A stretch of 61,726 nt of DNA from a virus (taxonomy: Duplodnaviria; Caudoviricetes). The first letter of the stretch is position 1; each line of letters starts with the position of its first letter. Positions 38,953 through 48,106 of the stretch are shown here, piece after piece. Under the pieces are notes generated by a model. The model was not told the DNA's origin. It did not search any database and saw nothing but the letters and a program-made list of their open reading frames with translations. The stretch spans positions 1-61,726 of the IMG/VR virus record IMGVR_UViG_3300046028_004204. One strand, written 5' to 3'. Position numbers and translations under genes: made by a program.

Positions 38953-39302
38953 TCCAACCTGCTTCCTGCGTAGACCTTGTCCAAGCCCAACTTGGTCTTG
39001 ATCACTTCTGCGTAGGCCTCAGCACCTGCTTCCAGAACGCTGACACTCTGCACACCTGCTTGGCTTGGATTCCAAAGTTGGAGACTGCCTGTGTAGGATT
39101 TGCGGAAGCCAGCGGCCTGCAACCACTTGCCCAACTTGCTGTTCGAGCGCACACCGTAGACATCCACCCAAGCAAAGCCACAAGCATCACGATCGCCATG
39201 CTTCTGCAGGAATGCCTTAGCGGCTGTACGGGCCTGCATGCCAGCTTCGTTGGTTGCGTCCTGTACTGCCTGCTCTGTGATTACCGTTGCGATTGCATTC
39301 AT
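38949..39302 (-). CDS. Hypothetical protein
   Basis: CGFAWV motif; promoter and AGGAG. Confidence 0.7.
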   Translation of the reverse strand: MNAIATVITEQAVQDATNEAGMQARTAAKAFLQKHGDRDACGFAWVDVYGVRSNSKLGKWLQAAGFRKSYTGSLQLWNPSQAGVQSVSVLEAGAEAYAEVIKTKLGLDKVYAGSRLD

Positions 39303-39381
39303 TTTCAGCTCCTGTTTGCGTTGTTGATGTCTAATTATAACCCCAAACTGCCAAAGTGTCAACCGAATGGATAAAGACCCT

Positions 39382-39561
39382 TCAACTGTTCAGGGTATTG
39401 TAGGGATCGTACTCTTGTGGCGCATCTGCCACACCCATTTCCTCTAGTGCGCCTAGCACCAACTCGATAGGGCACTCCAGCATGATTGCGATCACCTTGG
39501 CGCTGTGGCCTTCGATGTACAGTTGCTCGATGTCGTATGATAGTTCTGCCATTTTGCTCAT
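39382..39561 (-). CDS. 59-aa possible HTH protein (not in ORF track)
   Basis: MSKMAELSYDIEQLYIEGHSAKVIAIMLECPIELV...; AAAGGA RBS. Confidence 0.6.
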   Translation of the reverse strand: MSKMAELSYDIEQLYIEGHSAKVIAIMLECPIELVLGALEEMGVADAPQEYDPYNTLNS

Positions 39562-39782
39562 TGTGTTTCCTTTTGTGTGTGTTGTTTAATCATCAAGTAT
39601 AAGGGATCTATAATCTCTTCGTGCTCTAGTTCAAAGTCTCTTGTGGCCCAGTCCACCCACTCTTCGGTGAACACTTCCACTTCACTGTTCTGTAGCATCT
39701 CACGAGCCTTCTCTTCACTCTCGCACTCTACCACATAGACTTCTGCGACAATAGCATTGCGCCAGAAGGTGAACCTTTTCAT
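39558..39782 (-). CDS. Hypothetical protein
   Basis: Coupled ORF. Confidence 0.6.
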   Translation of the reverse strand: MKRFTFWRNAIVAEVYVVECESEEKAREMLQNSEVEVFTEEWVDWATRDFELEHEEIIDPLYLMIKQHTQKETQ

Positions 39783-40075
39783 TATACTACATCAACAAAG
39801 ATGTTACGACCGTAGACATTGTCTACTACGAATCCTGGACTGCAAGGGCAAGAGCAACCTGCAAATTGGCTCCACTTGGCACGAGGCATGATCTTGCCAT
39901 CGTTCCAGCCCAGTTGCTCGAACAGCTTAGGAAGCATCTTGCGATATTCGTTATAAGGACGGCTCTTGCGATTCATTAGGTTCTCCATCACTGTCTCGCT
40001 GGACGGATGGAAGTAGATACGAGTCTTAACATAACGACCGTGTTGCTCGCCTACTGTGACTTTAGAAATTTCCAT
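39782..40075 (-). CDS. Hypothetical protein
   Basis: WSQFAGCSCPCSPGF; promoter. Confidence 0.7.
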   Translation of the reverse strand: MEISKVTVGEQHGRYVKTRIYFHPSSETVMENLMNRKSRPYNEYRKMLPKLFEQLGWNDGKIMPRAKWSQFAGCSCPCSPGFVVDNVYGRNIFVDVV

Positions 40076-40115
40076 ATCGCGCTCCTTTTTGTGTCTGTGT
40101 ACGTATTATAGCAGC

Positions 40116-40373
40116 TTATACCCAATCTGTCAACTGGTAGTCTGCAATAACCCTATTCTCTGTGTGGTCATATGTTAGGAACACTTTGGTGCTGTCAGTG
40201 CCGCCCTTGACCTGGAACACAACCGTATAGGCAAACTGTCCGCCATTGGTGATGCCCAAGAAGCGCGAGCTAGTGAACTCCGGACCCGTGTAGCCTGCAT
40301 CCATAGCCGCACGAGTTAGAGCAGGCGCTGTGAATGTAGTGAGGATTTTGAGTGTGTCTGCTGTGATCATCAT
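40116..40373 (-). CDS. Hypothetical protein
   Basis: FLGITNGGQFAY; promoter. Confidence 0.65.
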   Translation of the reverse strand: MMITADTLKILTTFTAPALTRAAMDAGYTGPEFTSSRFLGITNGGQFAYTVVFQVKGGTDSTKVFLTYDHTENRVIADYQLTDWV

Positions 40374-40516
40374 TGCTCCTTAGTATGTGTCTATTATACA
40401 ACAGATCGGACGACCTGTCAACCAAAAAAAAGTAACCCTAGGGCAAGTAGGGTTACTATGTACGCACGTAAGCAGCGGGGCCTGTTGCTAAAAAGCCACA
40501 GCCCCTGGCACTTCCG

Positions 40517-41740
40517 TTATGCCGCTTCTTTCTCGTAGATCACAGTCTGACCAAAGGGTGCTTCTGCTTCTGTATTGCCTTTGACAATAAAGATTGTGTC
40601 GCAGTAGTCCTCATCGCCCCAACCACCACAGGGGTAGCCGTCTGTGAACATGATGAACTTCTTGGGCTGGATGCCCTGTTCCTTCATGAACTCCCAGTTG
40701 GCTTCAAAGTCAGTACCGCCACCACCTTCGGGCTCATACTCAAACAGCTCTTCCGAATTGTCTTGTGTGAACTCTTGGTGATTGTAAATTGCAGTATCAA
40801 AGCACCACAGATTGATCTTGAAGTCCTCGTACTGATCAACAATGCCTTTGACTTCGCTAAGGAATACAGTTGCATCCTCTTGTCCAATGCTTCCGCTCAT
40901 GTCAATGCTAATACCAATGTCAATGGTAGTTGCTTCTTTCATGCCCGGCAGGATTGCACCTGAGTGCATACTCTTACGGTTAGGACGAGTGAACGAATAG
41001 TCGTTGCGGATGATGCTTTGGATCTCTTGACGCACAAGGTCACGCCAGCTAATCTTAGGCTCAGTCATGTCCTTGATCATACGCTGGATGCCTGCGGGCA
41101 CCTTACCAGCACCTGCCGCCGCGGCACTCTGGATCATAGCCTCTTTGATCTCATCACGGATCTGTTGGGCTTCTTCTTTAGTCATGCCAGGCATACCCTT
41201 GCCCTGCTTGTCACCGCCTTCACCCTCTTTGCCAGGACCTGAACCATCTTCGTTGATGTGCTCGTCCAACAAGTCGCCCAATTGCTTGAGCAAGTCTGGC
41301 ATTGAAATCTTCTCAGCCTTTTCGTACAAGAGATCATAGATCTCTTCCCAAGCCAAGCCGCGATACTTTGGATCATAGCAGATCTTAACTTCAGTGATCT
41401 TCTCACCAATGCGTTCGTCTACAAGGATCTGATTGACAGCGTAGTCTTGTGCAATGTTAGACAGCTGACGATCGCGTGAACCTACGCGACCAAAGTGATC
41501 AAACACGCAATGGCAAATCTCGTGTCCAAAGAGGAACTCCAGCTTCTTGACACTGAGCTTCTGCACGAACTTGGTATTGTAGTAGAAATTGCGACCGTTA
41601 GTTGCGGCAGTCGGGCACCACTCGTCTGCTTCAATCAGTTGCATACGGGTTGCCATGTTGCCGAAGAAAGGTGCTTTGAGCAACAGGCCTACACGGGCTG
41701 TTGTCAGTTTGTCGATGATTGCTGGATCTGTCTTTGCCAT
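40517..41740 (-). CDS. Metallopeptidase-like + vWA domain protein (DUF2201-like)
   Basis: TAATNG, HEICH (HExxH), DMSGS MIDAS, GGGGTDF, FTDGY. Confidence 0.88.
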   Translation of the reverse strand: MAKTDPAIIDKLTTARVGLLLKAPFFGNMATRMQLIEADEWCPTAATNGRNFYYNTKFVQKLSVKKLEFLFGHEICHCVFDHFGRVGSRDRQLSNIAQDYAVNQILVDERIGEKITEVKICYDPKYRGLAWEEIYDLLYEKAEKISMPDLLKQLGDLLDEHINEDGSGPGKEGEGGDKQGKGMPGMTKEEAQQIRDEIKEAMIQSAAAAGAGKVPAGIQRMIKDMTEPKISWRDLVRQEIQSIIRNDYSFTRPNRKSMHSGAILPGMKEATTIDIGISIDMSGSIGQEDATVFLSEVKGIVDQYEDFKINLWCFDTAIYNHQEFTQDNSEELFEYEPEGGGGTDFEANWEFMKEQGIQPKKFIMFTDGYPCGGWGDEDYCDTIFIVKGNTEAEAPFGQTVIYEKEAA

Positions 41741-41888
41741 TACTCGCTCTCCTTAGTATGTGTTTATTATAGCACCAATCCGGGGTCTTGTCAACCGACC
41801 GGGATGTTGTATTTAAACAACACCCCGGCACCCTGTAGGTGGGCGGGCAAGCCCTGAGAAGCCTCCCGCCCTTGCAATGGGCGAGGTC

Positions 41889-42974
41889 TTAATTCTCCAT
41901 TGCACTCAAAACATACTTACCGAACCGCTTGTGGAACTCGTCGAAGCTCTTCATCTTCGTTGCGTCAAAGGGCAGGTTGTAGTTTGTCAAGCCTGTCTTT
42001 GCACCCATCACCACCAACTCAGTTGGGAAATTGTCCATCATGTAGCGGAAGAAGCAGTCAGCCTGGGCATCAAAGTCCTTGGCCTTCTTCTCTGCTTGAT
42101 CCTTCAACTCGTAGCACAGGCTAACGGTCAAAGAATACATGGCACTCACTTCTTTAATCTGCAAGTCCTTGACCTTGCCTTTAAGGATGTCTTCTGCCTT
42201 AGGCAAGCGACCTGCAATCTTGCGGTGAGCCATAAACTTCACAGCCAAGCCGTCACCGACCGCACCTGCGATCAGGTTGTGCAAGGTGTCAATGTCGCAG
42301 TCGTCGTCTTTCAACAAGTCTGACACAAAGACCCACGAGCGTGGAGTAGCAAAGGCCTTGCTTGGGCTCTTAGGATCAAAGTCGTACAAGTCCTGCTTGG
42401 CGAAGCCAACATAACCTACAACCTCTGGATGCACATTGTTCATCACAGCCCATTCCTGGAAGTCATCGAAGTCAATCTTCATTTCCAAGTGAATGAAACG
42501 ATTAGCCAACGGAGCAGGCATTCTGTAAGTAACACCGCGGTCGCCTTCTCTGTTACCAGCGGCAACCACATCAACACCCTTAGGCAATTCATATGTACCT
42601 ACACGACGATTCAAAATCAATTGGTAGGCAGCGGCCTGTACCGCAGGAGGAGCGGAGTTCAGCTCGTCCAAGAAGATAACTGCGGTGGACTCTGGGTCCG
42701 TAGGAAGCTCACTAGGAGGAGCCCAAACCATCTTGCCTTGATCTGCATTGTAATAAGGGATACCTTTGATGTCGGTAGGTTCCCAAAGTGCAAGGCGCAC
42801 ATCAACTACCTCACGACCTGCGTCCTCGCCAATCTGCTTGACGATGTCGGACTTACCAATTCCTGGGGGACCCCACAGGAACACAGGGCGGCGGGTTTGA
42901 ATCGCCTTACGGATGGAACGCTTCGCTGACTTAGGGCCAACTTGACGAACGCTAATATCTGTGGACTTTGCCAT
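41889..42974 (-). CDS. MoxR-like AAA+ ATPase
   Basis: GPPGIGKS, FLDELN, AAGNR, LANRF, TPRSW. Confidence 0.9.
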   Translation of the reverse strand: MAKSTDISVRQVGPKSAKRSIRKAIQTRRPVFLWGPPGIGKSDIVKQIGEDAGREVVDVRLALWEPTDIKGIPYYNADQGKMVWAPPSELPTDPESTAVIFLDELNSAPPAVQAAAYQLILNRRVGTYELPKGVDVVAAGNREGDRGVTYRMPAPLANRFIHLEMKIDFDDFQEWAVMNNVHPEVVGYVGFAKQDLYDFDPKSPSKAFATPRSWVFVSDLLKDDDCDIDTLHNLIAGAVGDGLAVKFMAHRKIAGRLPKAEDILKGKVKDLQIKEVSAMYSLTVSLCYELKDQAEKKAKDFDAQADCFFRYMMDNFPTELVVMGAKTGLTNYNLPFDATKMKSFDEFHKRFGKYVLSAMEN

Positions 42975-43056
42975 TTTAAGACCTCTTTCTTTTCTCAGGA
43001 TTAAACAAACTATCGCTTTCTCAGTGTTATTAGTATAACACCAAACATCTCAGTTG

Positions 43057-43692
43057 TCAAGCTCTTTTTACGAAATTTAATTGTGTTGTATTATCGCCAC
43101 GAACACTTTTAATCTTTGCTTTGATGCTCAACTTCTGCCCTGCTTCCAAGTTACTATTATACCAGAAATCCACGAAGCTGTCAACCAGTTTAGCGGTAAC
43201 CCTGAACTTGTCATAGTCTTTGCTGTAATAGCACTTGACAACCTCGATCTCGCCCTGGATCTTGTCGCCTACAGCGCCCTGCAATTGAGTAGAAGCACGA
43301 ACTTCACGGGCCAACTCGTTGCGGCTTTGATCACGGATCATAACGCTAGGCAAGCAGGAAACGATAGCGAACTCCAGCATATGACGGCCAGTGAACTCGT
43401 CCATCTGTGCGATGCGGAGGGCCTGCTGTTCGAACTCGTTGATCTTACCGCTGATCTGTTTCAGCAAGAAGCCGTTGAAGTAGCTACGGATCTCGCGGCC
43501 CTTCTCAATGTCCTCTTCTGTTGCTTCGGTAAGGGCGCCTGTACGGAGCCACTCTTTGACCATCATCTTGTTGGCCTGTGTGGTGCGCTTGCGGCATTCA
43601 CCTTCGTAGACATAAACATCTTCCTTGAAGTAGCCACCGTTGATACGATCTGCGGCCACTGCCAAACCCCAAACTTGATCTGATGTAAACAT
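43057..43692 (-). CDS. Hypothetical protein, possible C-terminal OB fold
   Basis: Start MFTSDQ after GGAGCGA; beta-rich C-terminus. Confidence 0.65.
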   Translation of the reverse strand: MFTSDQVWGLAVAADRINGGYFKEDVYVYEGECRKRTTQANKMMVKEWLRTGALTEATEEDIEKGREIRSYFNGFLLKQISGKINEFEQQALRIAQMDEFTGRHMLEFAIVSCLPSVMIRDQSRNELAREVRASTQLQGAVGDKIQGEIEVVKCYYSKDYDKFRVTAKLVDSFVDFWYNSNLEAGQKLSIKAKIKSVRGDNTTQLNFVKRA

Positions 43693-43854
43693 CGTTCGCT
43701 CCGTTTTGTTGTCTATGTCGTTATTATATAGCCAATCGTGGATGCTGTCAACCGAAATGATTGGAGTGCCGGAAAAGAGAAAAGGTGTTGTATTTCTACA
43801 ACACCCCAAACTAGCGCCCCGGGAGCGAATCGGCTTGCCTGTTTGAAACCTTAC

Positions 43855-44133
43855 TTAGGCTGTCAGGGTAAGACCTAGGCTCTTGGCCATGTAGCCAAGT
43901 GCAACGATCTCACGGCTTGGGCGACCCAATTCGTACTCAGTTACCTGAACACCATTACCAGCTTTGCGGCTGTTGGCATACACGGCATAACCTGCTTGGC
44001 GGATGCGTGAAGCTTCTGCTGATAGGTTCTTAACACCGAAACGCTTTGCGGCGTCGGAGGCTGTCAACTTCTCACCCTTTTGTAGGGCGGCAAAGATCTT
44101 GCCTGTTTTGGTTTCTAAATTAATTCTCTTCAT
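43855..44133 (-). CDS. Winged-HTH DNA-binding protein
   Basis: LQKGEKLTASDAAKRFGVKNLSAEASRIRQAGY. Confidence 0.7.
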   Translation of the reverse strand: MKRINLETKTGKIFAALQKGEKLTASDAAKRFGVKNLSAEASRIRQAGYAVYANSRKAGNGVQVTEYELGRPSREIVALGYMAKSLGLTLTA

Positions 44134-44206
44134 TTTAAGTTTCCTCTGTATAGCTGTGTCTCACAGCGTTCTACTAGTATATAGAACCTGTGGGCACAAT
44201 GCAACC

Positions 44207-44398
44207 TCAATCTTTCCGTTTAACGGTGACATTTGCCCGAAGGAAGGCACCAATCAAAACGGTAGCACACCATGTCTCCAAATTGTAAGGAATCATGAGA
44301 GCTGCTCCGAACAAGACATTCCACGACCACAGAACCAGGAACGGTCCTATGGCCAATAGGAATATAATGAACACTACAGCCAATGCAATTTTAATCAT
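44207..44398 (-). CDS. Small membrane protein
   Basis: Two hydrophobic segments. Confidence 0.6.
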   Translation of the reverse strand: MIKIALAVVFIIFLLAIGPFLVLWSWNVLFGAALMIPYNLETWCATVLIGAFLRANVTVKRKD

Positions 44399-44612
44399 TT
44401 AGGATCTCCTCGACCTCTTCAATCAGTTTGATCTCAGCCAGCTCTTTCTCGATGGCCGCGATCTTTCGTTTGTTACCTGAGCTGGTACCTTTCTTGTACA
44501 CTGTCCAGATATGCTCTTCACAGTATACACGACCCGGGAAGGGTTTGCAACCACACATCTTGAACGGGTGGTTTACCTGCTCCGGGCCAATGTATTGGCA
44601 CCCTTCCATCAT
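44391..44612 (-). CDS. Small Cys/His protein (GcrA C-terminal-like)
   Basis: CQYIG...CG......YCEEH. Confidence 0.55.
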   Translation of the reverse strand: MMEGCQYIGPEQVNHPFKMCGCKPFPGRVYCEEHIWTVYKKGTSSGNKRKIAAIEKELAEIKLIEEVEEILND

Positions 44613-45661
44613 GCACCTCGCTTCATAACAGTCACTTCTGCCATTGCTTCCCAGTTGCTGGCAAATGCCTTACGCAATTGTGCAACCTTCAGCACCGTAC
44701 GCAGGCTCAGCTCGCGTAGTTTAGCACGGTTGTTAGACACAAAGTCCACAACATCAATCTTAGCCACATCGCTGAGCTCGTACTCGTCAAGCATGCCGTC
44801 TGCAACGATCTGCTTGATACGCAGGACCTTCTCACGGTCTGTGTCCATCTGCAGATCAATGTAGTGGCAACGGCTCTCAAGAGCGGCAAGGTGGTCCTGT
44901 AGCTTCTTAGAGCGTACATTCTCAAACTTGATGTTAGTGATAAAGATAGCACCAGCCTTGAACTCGAAGCGATCTGGGATGCCTTCGCTTCGCAGGATAC
45001 GGCTGTCAGTGTTCCAAGAGATAGTACGCTTCTTGGAACTGTCCAAAGCCGCCTTCAAGATGTTCAAGCTCAAGTCGTCCAGCAACACACTGTCGCAGTC
45101 ATCAAACACAATAACATTCTTCTCGCTTGAGAACTCGTAGAGCTTGCTATACAAGCCAATGGCACTCATAGCACCTTTCACAATCTCATAGCGTGGCTTG
45201 CGCTCGCCTAGCGTATTGAACAAGTCGTCCTTAGTGAGCACTTCTTCTACACCAAAGCTCTTGCCAACACCTGGAGGGCCTGTCACAATCATTGCACGAA
45301 CATCGCCTGCTTTCACAGCCTTGGTCATGTCTGTAAGTACTTGGAAGCGAGCACGAGTCTTCTCAATGAGATCCTCATCGCTGATATGTGCTACAGCCGT
45401 ATCGGCTACCTTTAACTGTACCAAACTGTTCTCTCCTACAGGGGCTTCGTCAATGTGCGACACCACGCGATATGCAGTAATGCCCTCGACCTTGACGCGA
45501 ATCTTCTTGTAGGGATTGCGTCCGTTTTCAATCTCTTCACCAGCCAAGCAGGTAATTGCCTCGCCGTCAAAGTCCTTGACCATCTGCAGGCGCATGCCTG
45601 GGTAGATCATGTTCTTGCGGGCACCGTATGAACCCTCAACAATCTCAACTAGTGTAGCCAT
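44609..45661 (-). CDS. AAA+ ATPase
   Basis: GPPGVGKS, VFDDCD, FITN, ALESR. Confidence 0.85.
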   Translation of the reverse strand: MATLVEIVEGSYGARKNMIYPGMRLQMVKDFDGEAITCLAGEEIENGRNPYKKIRVKVEGITAYRVVSHIDEAPVGENSLVQLKVADTAVAHISDEDLIEKTRARFQVLTDMTKAVKAGDVRAMIVTGPPGVGKSFGVEEVLTKDDLFNTLGERKPRYEIVKGAMSAIGLYSKLYEFSSEKNVIVFDDCDSVLLDDLSLNILKAALDSSKKRTISWNTDSRILRSEGIPDRFEFKAGAIFITNIKFENVRSKKLQDHLAALESRCHYIDLQMDTDREKVLRIKQIVADGMLDEYELSDVAKIDVVDFVSNNRAKLRELSLRTVLKVAQLRKAFASNWEAMAEVTVMKRGA

Positions 45662-45739
45662 TTCTCGCTCCTTCTGTGTGTGTAAGTCTCTATTATATGA
45701 CAAATAGGGGCTGTTGTCAACCCCTATCAATCATAACCC

Positions 45740-46222
45740 TTATGCTGCTAGGGTTTCTTCTTCAGCTTTCTCACGCAGGTACTCTGCCAAAGCGTCTGCC
45801 AGTAGCACATAGGTGTCGCTGTGATCTGCTACATACCAAAAGCCGTCCTTGCGCAGAATGTACTCGTATTCCTCGTATTGGTGGCAACGAACATAATTCT
45901 CGAAGTCTGCAAACATCCTCTGGCTAACGCCTGTCTCACCGCGATCGCGTCCGTAGAATGTAGTAGCACCCTGTGCCTGTGCTAGATCGTAGGCCAGCCT
46001 GGAACCCTCGTCAAAGTGCGGACTGAAGGGATGCTGTTCGCCAATGTTCTTGCCCAGTGAGCTAATGTCTCCCAAGTCCAACAACTCGCGTGTCTTAAAG
46101 GGATCCACATAGTGTTTATAGAGGATCATGCCGTTGTTTTCCAAGTAGCCGTCCCAGTGGCAATATACTTGCCCAACGGTACCGTCTGCGTACTCTAACG
46201 CAATAGTGCTTCGTGTTCCCAT
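45740..46222 (-). CDS. Phage hypothetical protein
   Basis: MGTRSTI...YCHWDGY, YGRDRGE, EEYEY. Confidence 0.75.
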   Translation of the reverse strand: MGTRSTIALEYADGTVGQVYCHWDGYLENNGMILYKHYVDPFKTRELLDLGDISSLGKNIGEQHPFSPHFDEGSRLAYDLAQAQGATTFYGRDRGETGVSQRMFADFENYVRCHQYEEYEYILRKDGFWYVADHSDTYVLLADALAEYLREKAEEETLAA

Positions 46223-46260
46223 CTCGCGCTCCTTTGTGTGTGTAAGTCTCTATTATACGG

Positions 46261-46632
46261 TCAAACAGCTTCCCTGTCAACCGCTTCTGATAACCCGCCA
46301 AATACTCGGGACAATCTGTAGACCTTGCTCTTGGCTTCTACCATCGCTTCAGCAATGAAGTCCTCGGCAGTCCCGTCAGTAAGGATCTCTTTGGGGTCTT
46401 CGTATAAGCATCCGCCCAAGTAGGCACTGCCAAGCTCGAGTCCTTCAACCATAACGCGGACACGGAGCATAAACCAATCGAGGTTCCCGTGTTCGATGTT
46501 ATGATTGATCTCTGCAATGTCGAATTGGGTGTCGTCGAAGCAATCCCGGGGATTGAGTTCTTCATAGGTCTTGTCCACGATGATGTCATAGCCGTCCCTT
46601 TCAAACTCTGCTAGCGTGTCGTAATAGCGCAT
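46261..46632 (-). CDS. Hypothetical protein
   Basis: 123-aa acidic ORF. Confidence 0.65.
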   Translation of the reverse strand: MRYYDTLAEFERDGYDIIVDKTYEELNPRDCFDDTQFDIAEINHNIEHGNLDWFMLRVRVMVEGLELGSAYLGGCLYEDPKEILTDGTAEDFIAEAMVEAKSKVYRLSRVFGGLSEAVDREAV

Positions 46633-46633
46633 G

Positions 46634-46900
46634 TTAGATCTCCGTTTCGTATTCGTAGAACTTAACTAGTGGATCGTACTTCTTGAGCTGACGAGCCGCT
46701 GTCATCAACTCTTTGTAGCGACGGTTGACTTCTGCACGGGGCAGTTCACCATCGCAGGTCAAGTTCTCTGGGCTCAGGGCCGCATCAATCATGTCTGCAA
46801 CCTTTTGGCGCTCTGCGGCACTGTTGAGGCTGTACTGGGTACCGTTGAAGAATGAGTTCCAGTGATTCTTCTGCTTGAGGAAGTTTTCTAATGCTTTCAT
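46634..46900 (-). CDS. Hypothetical protein
   Basis: LSPENLTCDGE; promoter and AAGGAGCG. Confidence 0.7.
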   Translation of the reverse strand: MKALENFLKQKNHWNSFFNGTQYSLNSAAERQKVADMIDAALSPENLTCDGELPRAEVNRRYKELMTAARQLKKYDPLVKFYEYETEI

Positions 46901-46980
46901 CGTTCGCTCCTTTGTTAACATGTCTCTATTATAAGGCCAAAACAGCAGCCTGTCAACCAAAGACCCTACAGGGCCTAGGG

Positions 46981-47262
46981 TTACATAGTCCAGTAAAGTT
47001 CTGAACTTGGATCACAGCTTCTAGGCGTGTCGTGTGCTATCTGAATGTCCTTGCCCGTCATCAAGTTGCGCACAGTCTTCATTGTGGGCACACACTCAAA
47101 GCGCCAGCCCTTGGTTGCAGGGTACAAGTCGTAGAGTTCGTTGCACTCCCGCTTCATGCCCTCAGCATCCCTGTCTGCCCAAACTGTAGTAGAGAACAGA
47201 CGCTCGCCCGTTTTGGTGCGCTTGTCTGCTTTGTAGATGTATACAGTGTAATTCTGTTTCAT
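46981..47262 (-). CDS. Hypothetical protein
   Basis: GAGGAG RBS; TPRSCDPSSELYW. Confidence 0.65.
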   Translation of the reverse strand: MKQNYTVYIYKADKRTKTGERLFSTTVWADRDAEGMKRECNELYDLYPATKGWRFECVPTMKTVRNLMTGKDIQIAHDTPRSCDPSSELYWTM

Positions 47263-47263
47263 A

Positions 47264-47602
47264 TCAATCTCCTCTTGTGTCAGTGTTAAGAATGGGTTGC
47301 AACTCACGGCGGATTTCTACTTCACGCTTGTGAGCAGCCGCCTTGCCGCGGATGACTTCGTGTACAAGTACTTCGATCTCGCTCTTGTCGTTGAGGCCTC
47401 GTAGTGCTTCACAAAGCAGCCAGTTCTTGCCTTCTGTTTTGGCACGATAGAAGTGCTTGGCGGCACGTGCCAACACACTCTTGTTAATAGTAGTCTCTGT
47501 CTTAGCAGTGACGCCAATGTAGTTCAAGCCGTTGATTCGCAGTTCATATATGATATGATTGCGATCGGTACGCTTTTTACGAGTGGTGTTTGTCTGTGTC
47601 AT
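47264..47602 (-). CDS. GIY-YIG-like nuclease (leaderless)
   Basis: IIYEL...NYIGVT, R..KH, E...I...P.LN. Confidence 0.65.
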   Translation of the reverse strand: MTQTNTTRKKRTDRNHIIYELRINGLNYIGVTAKTETTINKSVLARAAKHFYRAKTEGKNWLLCEALRGLNDKSEIEVLVHEVIRGKAAAHKREVEIRRELQPILNTDTRGD

Positions 47603-47785
47603 GTATCAATTATAACGCCTTTTGGCTGAGATGTCAACCAAACGGATTTGACCCTACAGTGCATAGGGTTTCTCGTTCTAGATACATGCGATTGCGAGCT
47701 GCCCAAAACGTGTCCAAAATGCCACACTTTGGGCTACGCTGCGGCACTCTCCTTCTCCGCTGCGGGCTGCTGTTGCTGCTGCTGT

Positions 47786-47873
47786 TGGTGCCCGGAGCCG
47801 GAATCGAACCGGCACGCTCTGTTCGAGCGAGAGATTTTAAGTCTCTTGTGTCTACCTATTTCACCATCCGGGC
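47786..47873 (-). tRNA. tRNA-Leu(UAA)
   Basis: GCCCGGA acceptor, anticodon arm AGAGA-CTTAAAA-TCTCT, long variable arm, GGTTCGA, CCA. Confidence 0.95.
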
Positions 47874-47924
47874 TCGTGTTACGCTGCGCACTGCTGCTGT
47901 TTCTCTAGTTGCTGCTATTAATAG

Positions 47925-48001
47925 TGGCCAGTCCTACTGGATTCGAACCAGTGACCTACAGCTTAGAAGGCTGTTGCTCTATCCAACTGAGCTAAGGACT
48001 G
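47925..48001 (-). tRNA. tRNA-Arg(UCU)
   Basis: CAGTCCT/AGGACTG acceptor, ACAGC-CTTCTAA-GCTGT, GGTTCGAATC, CCA. Confidence 0.95.
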
Positions 48002-48018
48002 CTTGTATGCTGCTGTTG

Positions 48019-48096
<78 letters not shown>

Positions 48097-48106
48097 GTAT
48101 ACGCTG

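Noticed and set aside
35535-46960. Long N-terminal extensions beginning MVD.../MT... in several ORF-track calls
   Set aside because: They start at TTG/GTG codons in or near the promoter -35 box; the real starts follow the downstream AAGGAG
47264-47602. GIY-YIG ORF as an intron-encoded homing endonuclease
   Set aside because: Free-standing with its own promoter, flanking genes uninterrupted, and no group I intron evident
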